Shown here piece after piece: positions 1 through 16,600 of a stretch of 64,000 nucleotides of DNA. This DNA is from the human T2T-CHM13v2.0 reference genome, Homo sapiens. The DNA is taken from assembly GCF_009914755.1 (NCBI RefSeq), contig NC_060926.1, one strand, 5' to 3'. Each line of letters opens with the position of its first letter. Within the stretch, counting starts at the first letter, position 1. The translations under genes and the position numbers were made by a program. The notes beneath the pieces were generated by a model, which worked only from the letters and a program-made list of their open reading frames with translations, did no database searches and was not told where the DNA came from.

Positions 1-625
1 GGCCAACTTTTTGACATATTTCAAGATGGCTACTCGGAAGACTGGAAATAGCTTCTTCTACAAGAATAGCTGAAAAGCTGTGTTTGTTGGGGAGATTTGC
101 ATTTGTAGAGAAAATCTGCATTGATATAGACAGGCTTTCCCTGAGATACTCCCTTGTCTGGGTTTAGGAAAGATTAACTGAGTCTGGCACGTTTACATTT
201 CTAAAAACCATTTCCTATCTTTACTTCCCAAGAGGAGGGCTGCTCCCTGTGAGGTTTCATCCATGTAACAAGACCACCTCTGCTGCCAGGCTCCTCTTTC
301 TTCCTTGTCGTCACCTGCCTTCTGCAAAGCCTGATTTAGCAAAGTACAGCTCTGTGTTTTCTGTAACCTCAAGACAGCATAGGCGTGTTGACTACCTTGC
401 CTTTCCTGGAGTTTTTATACATATACAGTATATATTTGTATATCAATTTATAATATACAAATATTTGTATATACATATTTATGTATATTATGTAAACTCC
501 AAGTGCATACTTGTGCACGTAATTATATCTGTAAACCTTTTTTCCTGTTAATTTGTACATTATCAGTTTGTTTGATAGACTCAAATAATTAAAGCTTCAA
601 GGGAAAAATTTAAACTTTCCTATAG
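1..625 (+). mobile_element. ERV1-class (MER4-group-like) LTR fragment with internal TA-rich expansion
   Basis: LTR-like composition, a 'ttctgtaacctcaaga' motif and a typical LTR-type end '...ttcaagggaaaaatttaaactttcctata'; exact family not identified. Confidence 0.45.
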
Positions 626-1985
626 AGAAAAGACATATATGTGACAAATAATATTTAGAGTGTAAGACGCTTTTTAAAGGTATATTTGCAATTTGTGTCA
701 AAACATTTAAATATACATTTGTTACTTTATAAAATTTCAAATAATTTAAGCTAAATACATAGTATATGCAGAAAATTTAGCAATATTTGTATGTAGCACC
801 TTACTGTGCATTACTGTAACCAGCTGTCTAATATAAAGAACTAATTAAGGTAGTACCTACTTTTCAAATATCGCATTTTTTCACAGACCTATTAAATAAG
901 ACAAATAACATTTAAACTTTATTTTTAAATTTGCAGAATAGTATTTTTCAGCAGATGGTTTATTTTAGCAAATTCCATCTTCACATTGTGCTATGCTTTT
1001 ATGAGTTCCAGCTGTTAACGGATAATATTTTACTGCTGAATCTATCATGTGTGATATAATTGCTCATTATGTGCCTTAAAACACAAGCGATATGGTTATT
1101 TTCAACTTGGAGCAAATTAAAATCTTATCAGCAATTTAAAAAGTCTAGAGTCGTCTTCTTCTGGTTAATTTTTTTAAACTTGTATTTTTCTCTTTATGTT
1201 TTTAGTGAGTTGTCTTATCAAGGAGAAGAACTCAAGCTGATTATTCTTTTTTTTTCTCTTCCATCCACCTCGCTGGTGTGTGAATAATTTCATTTCTCAG
1301 AAAATGTTCTTTCATATCCATCTTACAAGATGAGAGACCTTTTAACATCTTCCATTCGGATGTGATACCAGTAATGGAAAATATTCCAGCTTCATGAATA
1401 TGGTGATACAAATAGTTATCCGTCTAACCTCTGTCAGTGCCAAATGTTTACTTTACTCAGTGAATTACTCAGCTGACTGGTAATTTCTTCTGAAATCACT
1501 AATGAGAGGATCAGAGGTCTGGCTGTTGTCTGTACCTCGTATGACTCCCAGTGCAGACAATTGTTTCTATGGAGCACAGACAGTTGAATGGATTGACTTC
1601 CTGCCTAGAATAGTTTCTGCTGTGCTTCTTATCCTTCTTATGGAGATTTCAGATTATCTGAATTGCTTTTCTATCTTAAGAAAAAACTCAACAATTCTCC
1701 CACCTGAGAGGAAAGTAAACTTTAGTAAGTTAGCAGAAGCAATCCGTAAAGTTTTTACATTGTTTGTTGTAAAATGCAGCGTTGGTGTCTCCATCACTAA
1801 CCTTTTCTATCCCTCATTGCTGTTTCTTTGACTGCAATAGGATACCTCTAGGCAAATCTGTATTCCCGAGACAGAGTGCCCTTTCCGTTAGCTATAAGTA
1901 CACTCAATGGTAGGCTGAAATGATAGTTTTTATCTATGGTGAAATGGAATCATATCAGTGATTTTTTTAAAGGAATTTTAACTCT

Positions 1986-2180
1986 TGCTATGGTTTGAAT
2001 GCTTGCCCCTTCCAAATCTCCTGTTAAAATTTGATCCCCAATGTTGCAGGTGGGGCTTACTGGGAGGTGTTTGGTCATGGGGATGGAACTTCATGAATGG
2101 ATAATACCCTCCCTTAGGAATCTCAAGCTATCCTCCCTCCTCGGTGCCCTCAGGAATGAATGTACCATTCTTTATTCAAC
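1986..2180 (+). mobile_element. MaLR (MST-family) LTR fragment
   Basis: Starts tgctatggtttgaatg...ccccaatgttgcaggtgggg...gggaggtgtttggtcatgggg, typical of MST LTRs. Confidence 0.7.
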
Positions 2181-3889
2181 TATAATTCCCCCACCCATCC
2201 CTTTTGAGATATTAATTAAATGTATGTTACACTGCTGCATATTGTCTCACGTATCAGTGAGTTTCTGGCTTTCTTATTTTAGTTTACCCTTTGTCCTTTA
2301 GTTTGTAAAGCTTCTAATTTTTCTATATATTTTCTGATGTTAGGGTAAAATACATGACTTATTCTATCTCATGGAATTTTTATTTAAAATATTTATTTTT
2401 CATCTATACGTGTCACATTTTTCATTTTATAACTTCCATTTTTCTCCTATGTTCAATTTTCATTTAAGTACTTTGACATATATATGTATTTATCTATATG
2501 TATTTATAAAATATATTTACTTTAAGGACCTTGAAAATTCCTTCTTCTGTCATTTATAAATGGCTTATTTTTATCCTGTTAATATATATCTTAATAATAT
2601 ATATCTTCTGGCTTCTTTGCATGTCAGAGTTTTTTTTGGGGGGGGTATTTTGATGTTATGCTATTGAATATCTAGATTTTATTGGCTACCTTTGAACAAT
2701 GTTGTGGCAGGCAGTTCAGTAACTTCAGGATGAGTATTTTTCTGTTGTTGTTTTAAATCTTCTCTTTAAACTTTGTTGAGTTAGTCTAGAGCCATCTGTA
2801 ATTTGGAGCTAAATGAGCACTGTCACTAGGGCATAACCTCCAGTGGTCTTTACTGAATATCCTGGAGGTACAGAGGGGATTCCCTTCTCTGGCTGGTCAG
2901 AGCTAACATGTCTTCCTGTCATGTGACGCCAGGGAAGTGTTCTTCCAACTCCCTGGTAGAGTCCTTTGCTGAGCTCCTTAGAATTTCATCCTATGTACAT
3001 TTGGCTTAGGGACTTGGGAGAAACCTTAGGCTGATTATTGGTTCCTTTTTCTGTAAACGTTCTCTTCTACTACACATTCCAGCTGCTTAACATTTTGGTT
3101 TTTATCTGGTTCCTCAGTGCAATGACAATGTCTGCTCTCTCTGGGATTCCTCTCTACTGCTGTCACGGAGAACCTGGGAATAAAGCAGGACTCATTCTGG
3201 CTCCTTCTTTTCTCTTGCGGAGCACAGTCCTGTGCTGCCTGATGTTCAGTATTTCAAAAAAAGTTTCATATATTTTGTCCAGTTTACTATTCTTTAACTC
3301 TAAAAGAGTAACTCCAGTCCCAGTTACAGCATCATGTTCTGTAACTCTACTCCTTGTTGCTTCATTCTGCCATTGTCTGGTATGATTGCCCCTTTCCCTT
3401 CTGTAATCAGGCCAAGAGCATAACATAATACTAGTTATAACTGCACAGCTTGCCTCCGTTGTGTAAAAAAATCACTGAGACTTAACTGTGTCCAACTTTT
3501 TAAATGTGAATATAAGTACAACTAAAGCTATATTTTGTTTAATATTTGCATTGCATGCTTTTCCATTATTTAGTTTCAAAATATGTGAAATATAAATATA
3601 AATTATAAAAACTTTAAGAGAGTACATTTAAAAAATCTGGTCTGATTATGTTTTAACTGGTTTATTACAACATGCATTCTTGAATTCAGGGTCTAATATA
3701 ATTGGTACATTTGTCTATTTGCAAAAAAAACTTGACAATATTTTAAAATTAATTTATCCAACTCACAACTTATATGCTTCTGCTGTTGTATGGAAGATGC
3801 ATTTTAAACTTTATGAGCTAGCATTCTGTTATACAGTCGATGTCCAATTAAATTTCTCTCTATGTTTATTTCTTTCATTAAAAAAAGCG

Positions 3890-4420
3890 TTCTTCTAACT
3901 GCAAACTTTCATCAGGGATCATAGCTCTTCTACCTGAAGAATAATCTTTAGTATTTCTTATCCTGTGGGTCTGCTTGGGATAAATTCTTTATTGTATCTT
4001 TGCTTTTGATGGATATGTCCACCAAGTAGACAGTTCTAGGTCGGCACTTATTTTATTTCAGGACTTGAAAGGTATCAATACCTCACTTGTTGGCTTTCAT
4101 TGTTCATTTGAGAAGGTTGTTATCAGTCAACTCTTTCTCTTTATAGTTAGCCCAATTTTTTTATCAAGTGCTTTTGACATTTTTCTTTTACTTTTCAGTA
4201 AAAGAAATTGTCCCATCATGTTTCTAGGTGTGTCCTCTCTGTGTGTTTTCATTTGGTTTGCAAAGCCTCCTGAACCTGTGGATTAATATTATTGGTCAAT
4301 TTTGATAAAACCTCTAACATTGCCACTTAAAATGCTGTTCAGACCAGCTGTTTTGTCCTTCTTAGATTTCAACGTGTTAGATTATTACTGTATGCTTTAT
4401 ATTTTTTAAATAACCTTTCT
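3890..4420 (-). mobile_element. Ancient L1M fragment
   Basis: T-rich antisense L1 ORF1-like sequence (ctttagtatttctt...gggataaattcttt...attctaggt). Confidence 0.5.
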
Positions 4421-4693
4421 CTACTTTTTTTTTAGTTGGTTAATCTGTATTAGTGTATCTTTTGCTTTTTTATTTTATTTTATTTTATTATTATACTTTA
4501 AGTTTTAGGATACATGTGCACAATGTGCAGGATTGCAACATAAGTATTCATGTGCCATATTGGTGTGCTGCACCCATTAACTCGTCATTTAGCATTAGGA
4601 ATATCTCCTAATGCTATCCCTCCCCCCTCCCCCCACCACCAACAGTCCCCGAAGTGTGATGTTCCCCTTCCGGTGTCCGTGTGTTCTCATTGT

Positions 4694-8512
<3,819 letters not shown>

Positions 8513-8575
8513 TATGATGCTAGCTGGTTATTTTGCTCGTTAGTTGATGCAGTTTCTTCCTTGTCTCAATGATCT

Positions 8576-9591
8576 TTACATTTTGGCATGATTTTGCAGT
8601 GGCTGGTACTGGTTGTTCCTTTCCATGTTTAGCGCTTCCTTCAGGAGCTCTTTTAGGTCAGGCCTGGTGGTGACAAAATCTCTCAGCATTTGCTTGTCTG
8701 TAAAGTATTTTATTTCTCCTTCACTTATGAAGCTTAGTTTGGCTGGATATGAAATTCTGGGTTGAAAATTCTTTTCTTTAAGAATGTTGAATATCGGCCC
8801 CCTCTCTCTTCTGGCTTCTAGAGTTTCTGCCAAGAGATCCGCTGTTAGTCTGATGGGCTTCCCTTTGTGGGTAACCCGACCTTTCTCTCTGGCTGCCCTT
8901 AACATTTTTTCCTTCCTTTCACCTATGGTGAATCTGACAATTATGTGTCTTGGAGTTGCTCTTCTCGAGGAGTATCTTTGTGGCATTCTCTGTATTTCCT
9001 GAATCTGAATGTTGGCCTGCCTTGCTAGATTGGGGAAGTTCTCCTGGATAATATCCTGCAGAGTGTTTTCCAACTTGGTTCCATTCTCCCCGTCAGTTTC
9101 AGGTACACCTATCAGACGTACATTTGGTCTTTTCACGTAGTCCCATATTTCTTGGAGGTTTGTTCGTTTCTTTTTATTCTTTTTTATCTAAACTTCCCTT
9201 CTTGCTTCATTTCATTCATTTCTTCTTCCATCACTTATACCCTTTCTTCCAGTTGATCACATCGGCTCCTGAAGCTTCTGCATTCTTTACGTAGATCTCA
9301 AGCCTTGGCTTTCAGCTCCATCAGCTCCTTTAAGCACTTCTCTGCATTGGTTATTCTAGATATACATTCGTCTAAATTTTTTTCAAAGTTTTTAACTTCT
9401 TTGCCCTTGGTTTGAATTTCCTCCTGTAGCTCAGAGTAGTTTGATCGTCTGAAGCCTTCTTCTCTCAACTCATCAAAGTCATTCTCCACCCAGCTTTTTT
9501 CCATTGCTGGTGAGGAACTGCGTTCCTTTGGAGGAGGAGAGGTGCTCTGCTTTTTAGAATTTCCAATTTTTCTGCTGTGTTTTTTCCCCAT
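8576..9591 (-). pseudogene. L1 ORF1p, disrupted
   Basis: MGKK... start at 9591 with a premature stop at 9298; C-terminal fragment ...RISYPAKLSF...QPLQNHAKM ends at 8576. Confidence 0.95.
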
Positions 9592-10620
9592 CTTTGTGGT
9601 TGTATCTACTTTTGGTCTTTGATGATGGTGATGTACAGATGGGTTTTTGGTGTTTATGTCCTTTCTGTTTGTAAGTTTTCCTTCTAACAGACAGGACCCT
9701 CAGCTGCAGGTCTTTTGGAGTTTTCTAGAGGTCCACTCCAGACCCTGTTTACCTGGGTATTAGCAGCGGTGGCTGCAGAACAGCAGATTTTCATGAACCG
9801 CGAATGCTGCTGTCTGATCGTTCCTCTGGAAGTTTTGTCTCAGAGGAGAACCCGGCCATGTGAGGTGTCAGTCTGCCCGTACTGGGGGGTGCCTCCCAGT
9901 TAGGCTGCTTGGGGGTCAGGGGTCAGGGACCCACTTGAGAAGGCAGTCTGCCTGTTCTCAGATCTCCAGCTGTGTGCTGGGAGAACCACTGCTCTCTTCA
10001 AAGCTGTCAGACAGGGACATTTAAATCTGCAGAGGTTACTGCTGTCTTTTTGTTTGTCTCTGCCCTGCCCCCAGAGGTGGAGCCTAAAGAGGCAGGCAGG
10101 CCTCCTTGAGCTGTGGTGGGCTCCACCCAGTTCGAGTTCCTGGCTGCTTTGTTTACCTACGCAAGCCTGGGAAATGGCGAGCGACCCTCCCCAAGCCTTG
10201 CTGCCGCCTTGCAGTTTGATCTCAGACTGCTGTGATAGCAATCAGCGAGACTCCGTGGGCGTGTCACCCTCTGAGCCAGGTGCAGGATATAATCTCCTGG
10301 TGCGCCGTTTGTTAAGACCATCGGAAAAGCACAGTATTAGGGTGGGAGTTACCCGATTTTCCAGGTGCCGTCTGTCACCCCTTTCTTTGACTAGGAAAGG
10401 GAACTCCCTGACCCCTTGCACTTGCCGAGTGAGGCAGTGCCTCACCCTGCTTCGGCTCATGAACTGTGCACTGCACCCACTGTCCTGCATCTGCTCTCTG
10501 GCACTCCCTAGTGAGATGAACCTGGTACCTGAGATGGAAATGCAGAAATCACCCATCTTCTGCATTGCTGACACTGGGAGCTGTAGACCGGAGCTGTTCC
10601 TATTCGGCCATCTTGGCTAC
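9592..10620 (-). promoter_or_regulatory. L1 5'UTR with sense promoter (YY1 site intact at 10605-10617) and antisense promoter region
   Basis: GCCAAGATGGCCG on the minus strand; standard L1PA 5'UTR including the extra 129-bp segment at 9720-9848. Confidence 0.85.
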
Positions 10621-10629
10621 ACTTGGTAG
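10174..10629 (+). CDS. L1 antisense ORF0 homologue, open and extended to 151 aa
   Basis: ATG at 10174: MASDPPQALLPPCSLISDCCDSNQRDSVGVSPSEPG...RVGVTRFSRC matches the ORF0 N-terminus; no stop until 10627-10629. Expression is not shown. Confidence 0.5.
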   Translation: MASDPPQALLPPCSLISDCCDSNQRDSVGVSPSEPGAGYNLLVRRLLRPSEKHSIRVGVTRFSRCRLSPLSLTRKGNSLTPCTCRVRQCLTLLRLMNCALHPLSCICSLALPSEMNLVPEMEMQKSPIFCIADTGSCRPELFLFGHLGYTW

Positions 10630-10639
10630 TTTCTTTTCC

Positions 10640-13600
10640 CTCTGCTTCTGGGTTCTGAGAGTTTGTCACTAACATAGGATTCCAGAACACTGCTGCAGGG
10701 TTCTGAGTGATTGTTGCTCACATGGGATTCAAAAACACTCCTGCTGGGTTCAGAGTGTTATCCCTCACATACGATTCCAGAACACTGCTATGAGGTTCTG
10801 AATGTTTGTCCTTCACAAAGGATTCCAGAACACTGCTGCTGGGTTCTGAGTGTTTGTCCCTCATATAGGATTCCAGAACACTGCTGCTGGGTTCTGAGTG
10901 TTTGTCCCTCACATAAGATTCCAGAACTCTGCTATGAAGTTCTGAATGTTTGTGGCTCACATAGGATTCCAGAACACTGCTGCTGGGTTCTGAGTGTTTG
11001 TCCCTCACATAGGATTCCGGAACAATGCTGCTGGGTTCTGAGTGCTTGTCCCTTATATTGGATTCCAGAACAATGTTATGAGGGTCTGAATGTTTTTCCC
11101 TCATGTAGGATTCAAGAACACTGCTAAGAGGGTCTCAATGTTTTTCCCTCACAAAGGATTGCAGAACTCTGCTGCTGGGTTCTGAGTGTTTGTCCCTGAT
11201 ATAGGATTCCAGAACACTGCTATGAGGGTCTGAATGTTTTTCCCTCACAAAGGATTCCAGAACGCTGCTGGGTTCTGTTTGTTTGTCCCCCACAAAGGAT
11301 TCCAGAGCACTGCTGCTGGTTTCTTAGTGTTTGTTCCACACATGATTCCAGAACACTTCTGCGATGGTTTGAATATTTCTCCCTCAGATAGGATTCCAGT
11401 ACACAGTGGCTGGGTTCTGAGTGTTGGTCCCTCACATAGGATTCCAGAACACTGCTTCTGGGTTCTGAGTGTTTGTCACTCACATAGGATTCCAGAACAC
11501 TGCTTCGAGGGTCTGAGTGTTTGTCCCTCACAAAGGATGCTGGAACACTGCTGCTGGTTTCTGAGTGTTTGTCACTCACAGAGGATTCCAGAACACTGCT
11601 GCTTCCAGAACACTGCTGCTGGGTTCTGAGTGTTTGTCCCTCACATAGGATTCCAGAAAACTGCTATGAGTGTCTGAAGGTTTGTCCATAACAAAGGATT
11701 CCAGAACAATGCTGCTGGATCTGAATGTTTGTCCCTCACACAGGATTCCAGGACACTGCTTCGAGGGTCTGAGTGTTTGTCCCTCACACAGGATTCCAGA
11801 CCACTGCTTCTGGGTTCTGAGTGTTTGTTCCACATATAGGATTCCAGAACACAGCTACAAGGCTATGAAAGTTTGTCTCTCACAAAGGATTTCAGAAAAA
11901 TGCTGCTGGGTTCTGAGTGTTTGTTCCTCACATAGGTTTCCAGAAAACTGCTGCTGGGATCTGAGGGATTGTCCCTGTCATTGAGTACGAGAACACTGCT
12001 GCTGGGTTCTGAAGGTTTGTCCTTCACTTAGAATTGCAGAATACTGCTGCTAGGTTATGAGGGTTTGTCCCTCATGTAGAATTCTAGAACTCTGCTGCTG
12101 GGTTCTGAGCATTTCTCTATCACATGAGATTCTGGAACACTGCTAAAATGTAGGAATGTTTGTCCCTCACAAAGAGTCCAGAGCACCGCTTGTGGGTTCT
12201 GAGTGTTTGTCCCTCACATAGGATTGCAGAACACAGCTGCTAGGTTCTGAGTGTTTCTCCCAAACATAGGATTCCAAAACACCGCTCAGAGGGTCTGAAA
12301 GTTTCTTCCTCACCAAGGATTCCAGAACACTGCTGCTGGGTTCTGAAAGTTTGTCCCTCACATACGATTCCAGAACACTGCTATGAGGCTCTGAATGTTT
12401 GTCCCTCAAAGGGATTCCAGAACACTGCTTTTGAGTTCTGAGTGTTTGTCCGACACAAAGGATTCCAGAACACTGCTGCTGGCTTCTGAGTGTTTGTCCC
12501 TCACATAGGATTTCAGAACACTGCTATGAGGGTCTGCATGTTTTTCCCTCAGAAAGCATTCTGTATCACTGCTACGAGTGTCTGAATGCTTGTCCCTCAC
12601 ATAGGATTCCAGAACACTGCTACTGGGTTCTGACTGTTGGTCCTTCACATAGGATTCCAGAACACTGCTCCGAGGGTCTGAATGTTTGTCCCTCACATAG
12701 GATTCCAGAACATTTGCTGCTGGTTTGTGAGTGTTTGTCCCTCATATGGGATTCCAGAACACTTCTGCTGGGTTCTGTTTGTCCCTCATATAGGATACCA
12801 GAACACTGCTATTGGCTTCAGAGTGTTTGTCCCTCACATAGGATTCCAGAAAACTTCTAAGAGGTTCCGAATGTTTTCCTTCAGATAGGATTCCAGAACA
12901 CTGCTGCTGGGTTCTGAGAGTTTGTCCCTCACATAGGATTCCAGAACACTGCTAAGAGGGTCTGAATGTTTGTTCCTCAGATAGGATTCCAGGACACTGC
13001 TGCTGGGTTGTGTGTGTTTATCACTCACATAGAATTCCAGAACACTGCTACAAGTGTCTCAATGTTTGTCCCTCACATAGAATTCCAGAATATTCCTGCT
13101 GTGGTCTGAATGTTTGTCCCTCACATATGATTCCAGGACGCTGCTGCTGTGTTCTGCGTGTTTGTCCCCCACATAGGATTCAAGAACACTCCTGCTGTCT
13201 TCTGAACGTGTGTCCTTCACAGAGGATTCCAGAACACTGCTACTAGCCTCTGAATTGTTGTCCCCCACAGAGGATTCCAGAACACTGGTACTAGGGTCTG
13301 AATGTGAGTCTCTCACATAGGATTCCAGAACACTAATGCCGGGGTCTGAATGTTTGTCCCTCACCTAGGATTGCAGAACACTGCTACGAGGTTCTGAATC
13401 TTTGTCCATCACGTAGCATTATAGAACACTGCTACGAAGTTCTGAATGTTTTTCCCTCAGAGAGGATCAAAGAACACTGCTGCTAGTGTCTGAAATTTTG
13501 ATGATCACGTAGGATTCCAGAACTCTCCTGCTGTGGTCTGTATGTTTGTCTCTCACATAGGATTCCAGAACACTGCTACGAGGGTCTGAATGTTTGTCCC

Positions 13601-16600
13601 TCACAAAGGATTCTAGAACACTGCTGCTGGGTTCTGAGTGATTGTCCCTCACATAGGATTCCAGAACACTGCTGCTGGGTTCTGAGTGTTTGTCCCTCAC
13701 ATAGGATTCCAGAACACTGCTACAAGGGTCTGAATGTTTATCCCTCACAAAGGGTTCCAGAACACTGTTACTGGATTCTGAGTGTTTGTCCCTCATATTG
13801 GATTCCAGAACAATGCTACGAGGGTCTGAATATTTTTCCCTCACATAGGATTCGAAAACACTCTTACGAGGGTGTGAATGTTTTTCCCTCCCAAAGGAAT
13901 CCAGAACACTGCTGCTGGGCTCTGAATGTTTGTCCCTCATATAGGATTCCAGAACACTGCTACGAGGATCTGAATGTTTTCCCTTACAAAGGATTGTAGA
14001 ACACTGCTACTGGGTTCTGTTTATTTGCCCCTCACAAAGGATTCCAGAGCACTGCTGCATATTTCTTAGTGTTTGCCCCTCACATAGGATTCCAGAACAC
14101 TTCTCCAAGGTTCTGAATGTTTGCCCTCAGATAGGATTCCAGTACACTGGCTGGATTCTGAGTGTTTGTCCCTCACATAGGATTCCAGATCACTGCTACA
14201 GGTTCTGAATGTTTGTCCCTCACAAAGGATTCTAGAACACTGCTACTGGTTTCTGAGTGTTTGTCCCTCACAAAGGATTCTAGAACATGGCTTCTGGGTT
14301 CTGTGTGTTTGTCCCTCACATAGGATGCCAAAACACTGATGCTGGGTTCTGAGTGTTTGTCCCTCACATAGCATTCCAGAACACTGCTGCTGGCTTCTGA
14401 GTGTTTGTCCCTCACATACAATTCCAGAACACTGCTACGAAGTTCTGAAGGTTTGTCGCTGACATAGGATTCCAGAACACTGCTGCTGGGTTCTGAGTGT
14501 TTGTCCCTCACATAGGATTCCAGAACACTGCTACAAGGGTCTGAATGTTTATCCCTCCCAAAGGATTCCAGAACACTGCTGCTGGGTTCTGAGTGTTTGC
14601 CCCTCAAATAAGATTCCAGAACACTGCTATGAGGGTCTGAATGTTTTTCCCTCACATAGGATTCAAAAGACTGTTACGAGGGTCTGAATGTTTTTCCCTA
14701 ACAAAGGATTGTAGAACACTGTCACTGGGTTCTGTTTGTAGGTCCCTCCCATAGGATTCCAGAACACTAATACGAGGGTCTGAATGTTTGTCCCTCACAT
14801 AGGATTCCAGAACAGAGCTGCTGTGTCCTGATTGCTTGTCTCTCACAAAGGATTCCAGAACACTGATGCTGGGTTCTGAGTGTTCGTCTATCACATAGGA
14901 TTCCAGAACAAAGCTGCTGGGTCCTGATTGTTTGCCCCTCACAAAAGATTACAAAACACTGCTACGAGGGTCTGAATGTTTGTCCCTCATATAGGATTCC
15001 AGATCACTGTTGCTGGGTTCTGAGTGTTTGTCCCTCACATAGGATTCCAGAACACTGCTGCTGGGTTCTTCGTGTTTGTACCTCATATAGGATTCCAGAG
15101 CACTGCTACAAGACTCTGAATGCTTGTCCCTTACATAGGATTCCAGAACACTGTTTTGAGAGTCTCAATATTTGTCCCTCACAAAAGATTGCAGACAACT
15201 GCTGCTGAGTTCTGAGAGTTTGTCCTTCACTTAGGAATCCACTGATTCTGGGTTCTGAATATTTGTCCTTCACATAGGATTCCAGAACAGTGCTGCTGGC
15301 TTCTGAGTGATTGTCCCGCACGTAGGATTCCAGAACACTGTTACGAGGGTCTGAATGTTCTTCCCTCACAAAGGCTTCCAGAACACTGCTGCTGGTTTCT
15401 GTTTGTTTGTCCCTCACAAAGGATTCCAGAGCACTGCTGCTGGTTATTTAGTGTTTGTTGCCCACATAGGATTCCAGATCACTTCTGCGAAGGTCTGAAT
15501 GTTTAGCCCTGAGATAGGATTCCAGTACACACTGGCTCGGTTCTGAGTGTTTGTACCACACACTGGATTCCAGAACACTGCTGCTGGGTTCTGAGTGTTT
15601 GCCCCTCACATAGGATTCCAGAAAACTGCTATGAGGACCTTAATGTTTGTCCATCACAAAAGATTCTAGAACAATGCTGCTGGATCTGAGTGTCCCTCAC
15701 ATAGGATAACAGAACACTGCTTCGAGAGTCTAAATGTTTGTCCCTCACAAAGGATTCTAGAACATTGCTGCTGGTTTCTGAGTGTTTGTCACTCACATAG
15801 GATTCCAGAACACTACTGCTGAGTTCTGAGGCTTTGTATCTCACATAGTATTTCAGAACACTGCTATGAGGTTCTGAATGTTTGACCCTCACAGAGCATT
15901 GCAGAACAGGGCTATGGGGATCTGAATGCTTGTCCCTCACATATGAATCCAGAACACTGCTGCAGGGTTCAGAGTGTTTATCCCACACATAGGATTACAG
16001 AGCACTGTTCTGAGCATCTGAGTGTTTGACCCTCACAAAGGATTGCAGAACACTGCTGCTGGGCTCTGAGTGTTTGTCCCTTACATAGGATTCTAGAACA
16101 CTGCTGCTGGGTTCTGAGTGTTTGTCTCTCACATAGGATTCCAGAACACTTCTCTGAGGATCTGAATGTTTGTCCCTCACAAAACATTCCAGAACACTGC
16201 TGCTGGGTTCTGAGTGTTTGTCCATCAAATAGGATTCCAGAACACGGCTGATGGGCTCTGTTTGTTTGTCCCTCACAAAGGATTCCAGAGCACTGCTGCT
16301 GGTTTCTGAATGTTTGTCCCTCACATAGGATTCCAGAACACTTCTACGAGGCTCCGAATGTTTGTCCTTCAGATAGGATTCCAGAACACAGTGGATGTGT
16401 GATGAGTGTTTGTCCCTCAAATAGGATTCCACAACACTGCTTTGAGGGTCTGAATGTTTGTATCTCACAAACCAGTCTAAAACACTACTTCTGGGTTCTG
16501 AGTGTTTGTCCCTCACATAGAATTCTAGAACACTGCAGCTCGTTTCTGAGTGTTTCTCCGTCACTTTGGATTCCAGAACACTGCTAAGATTGTCTGAATG

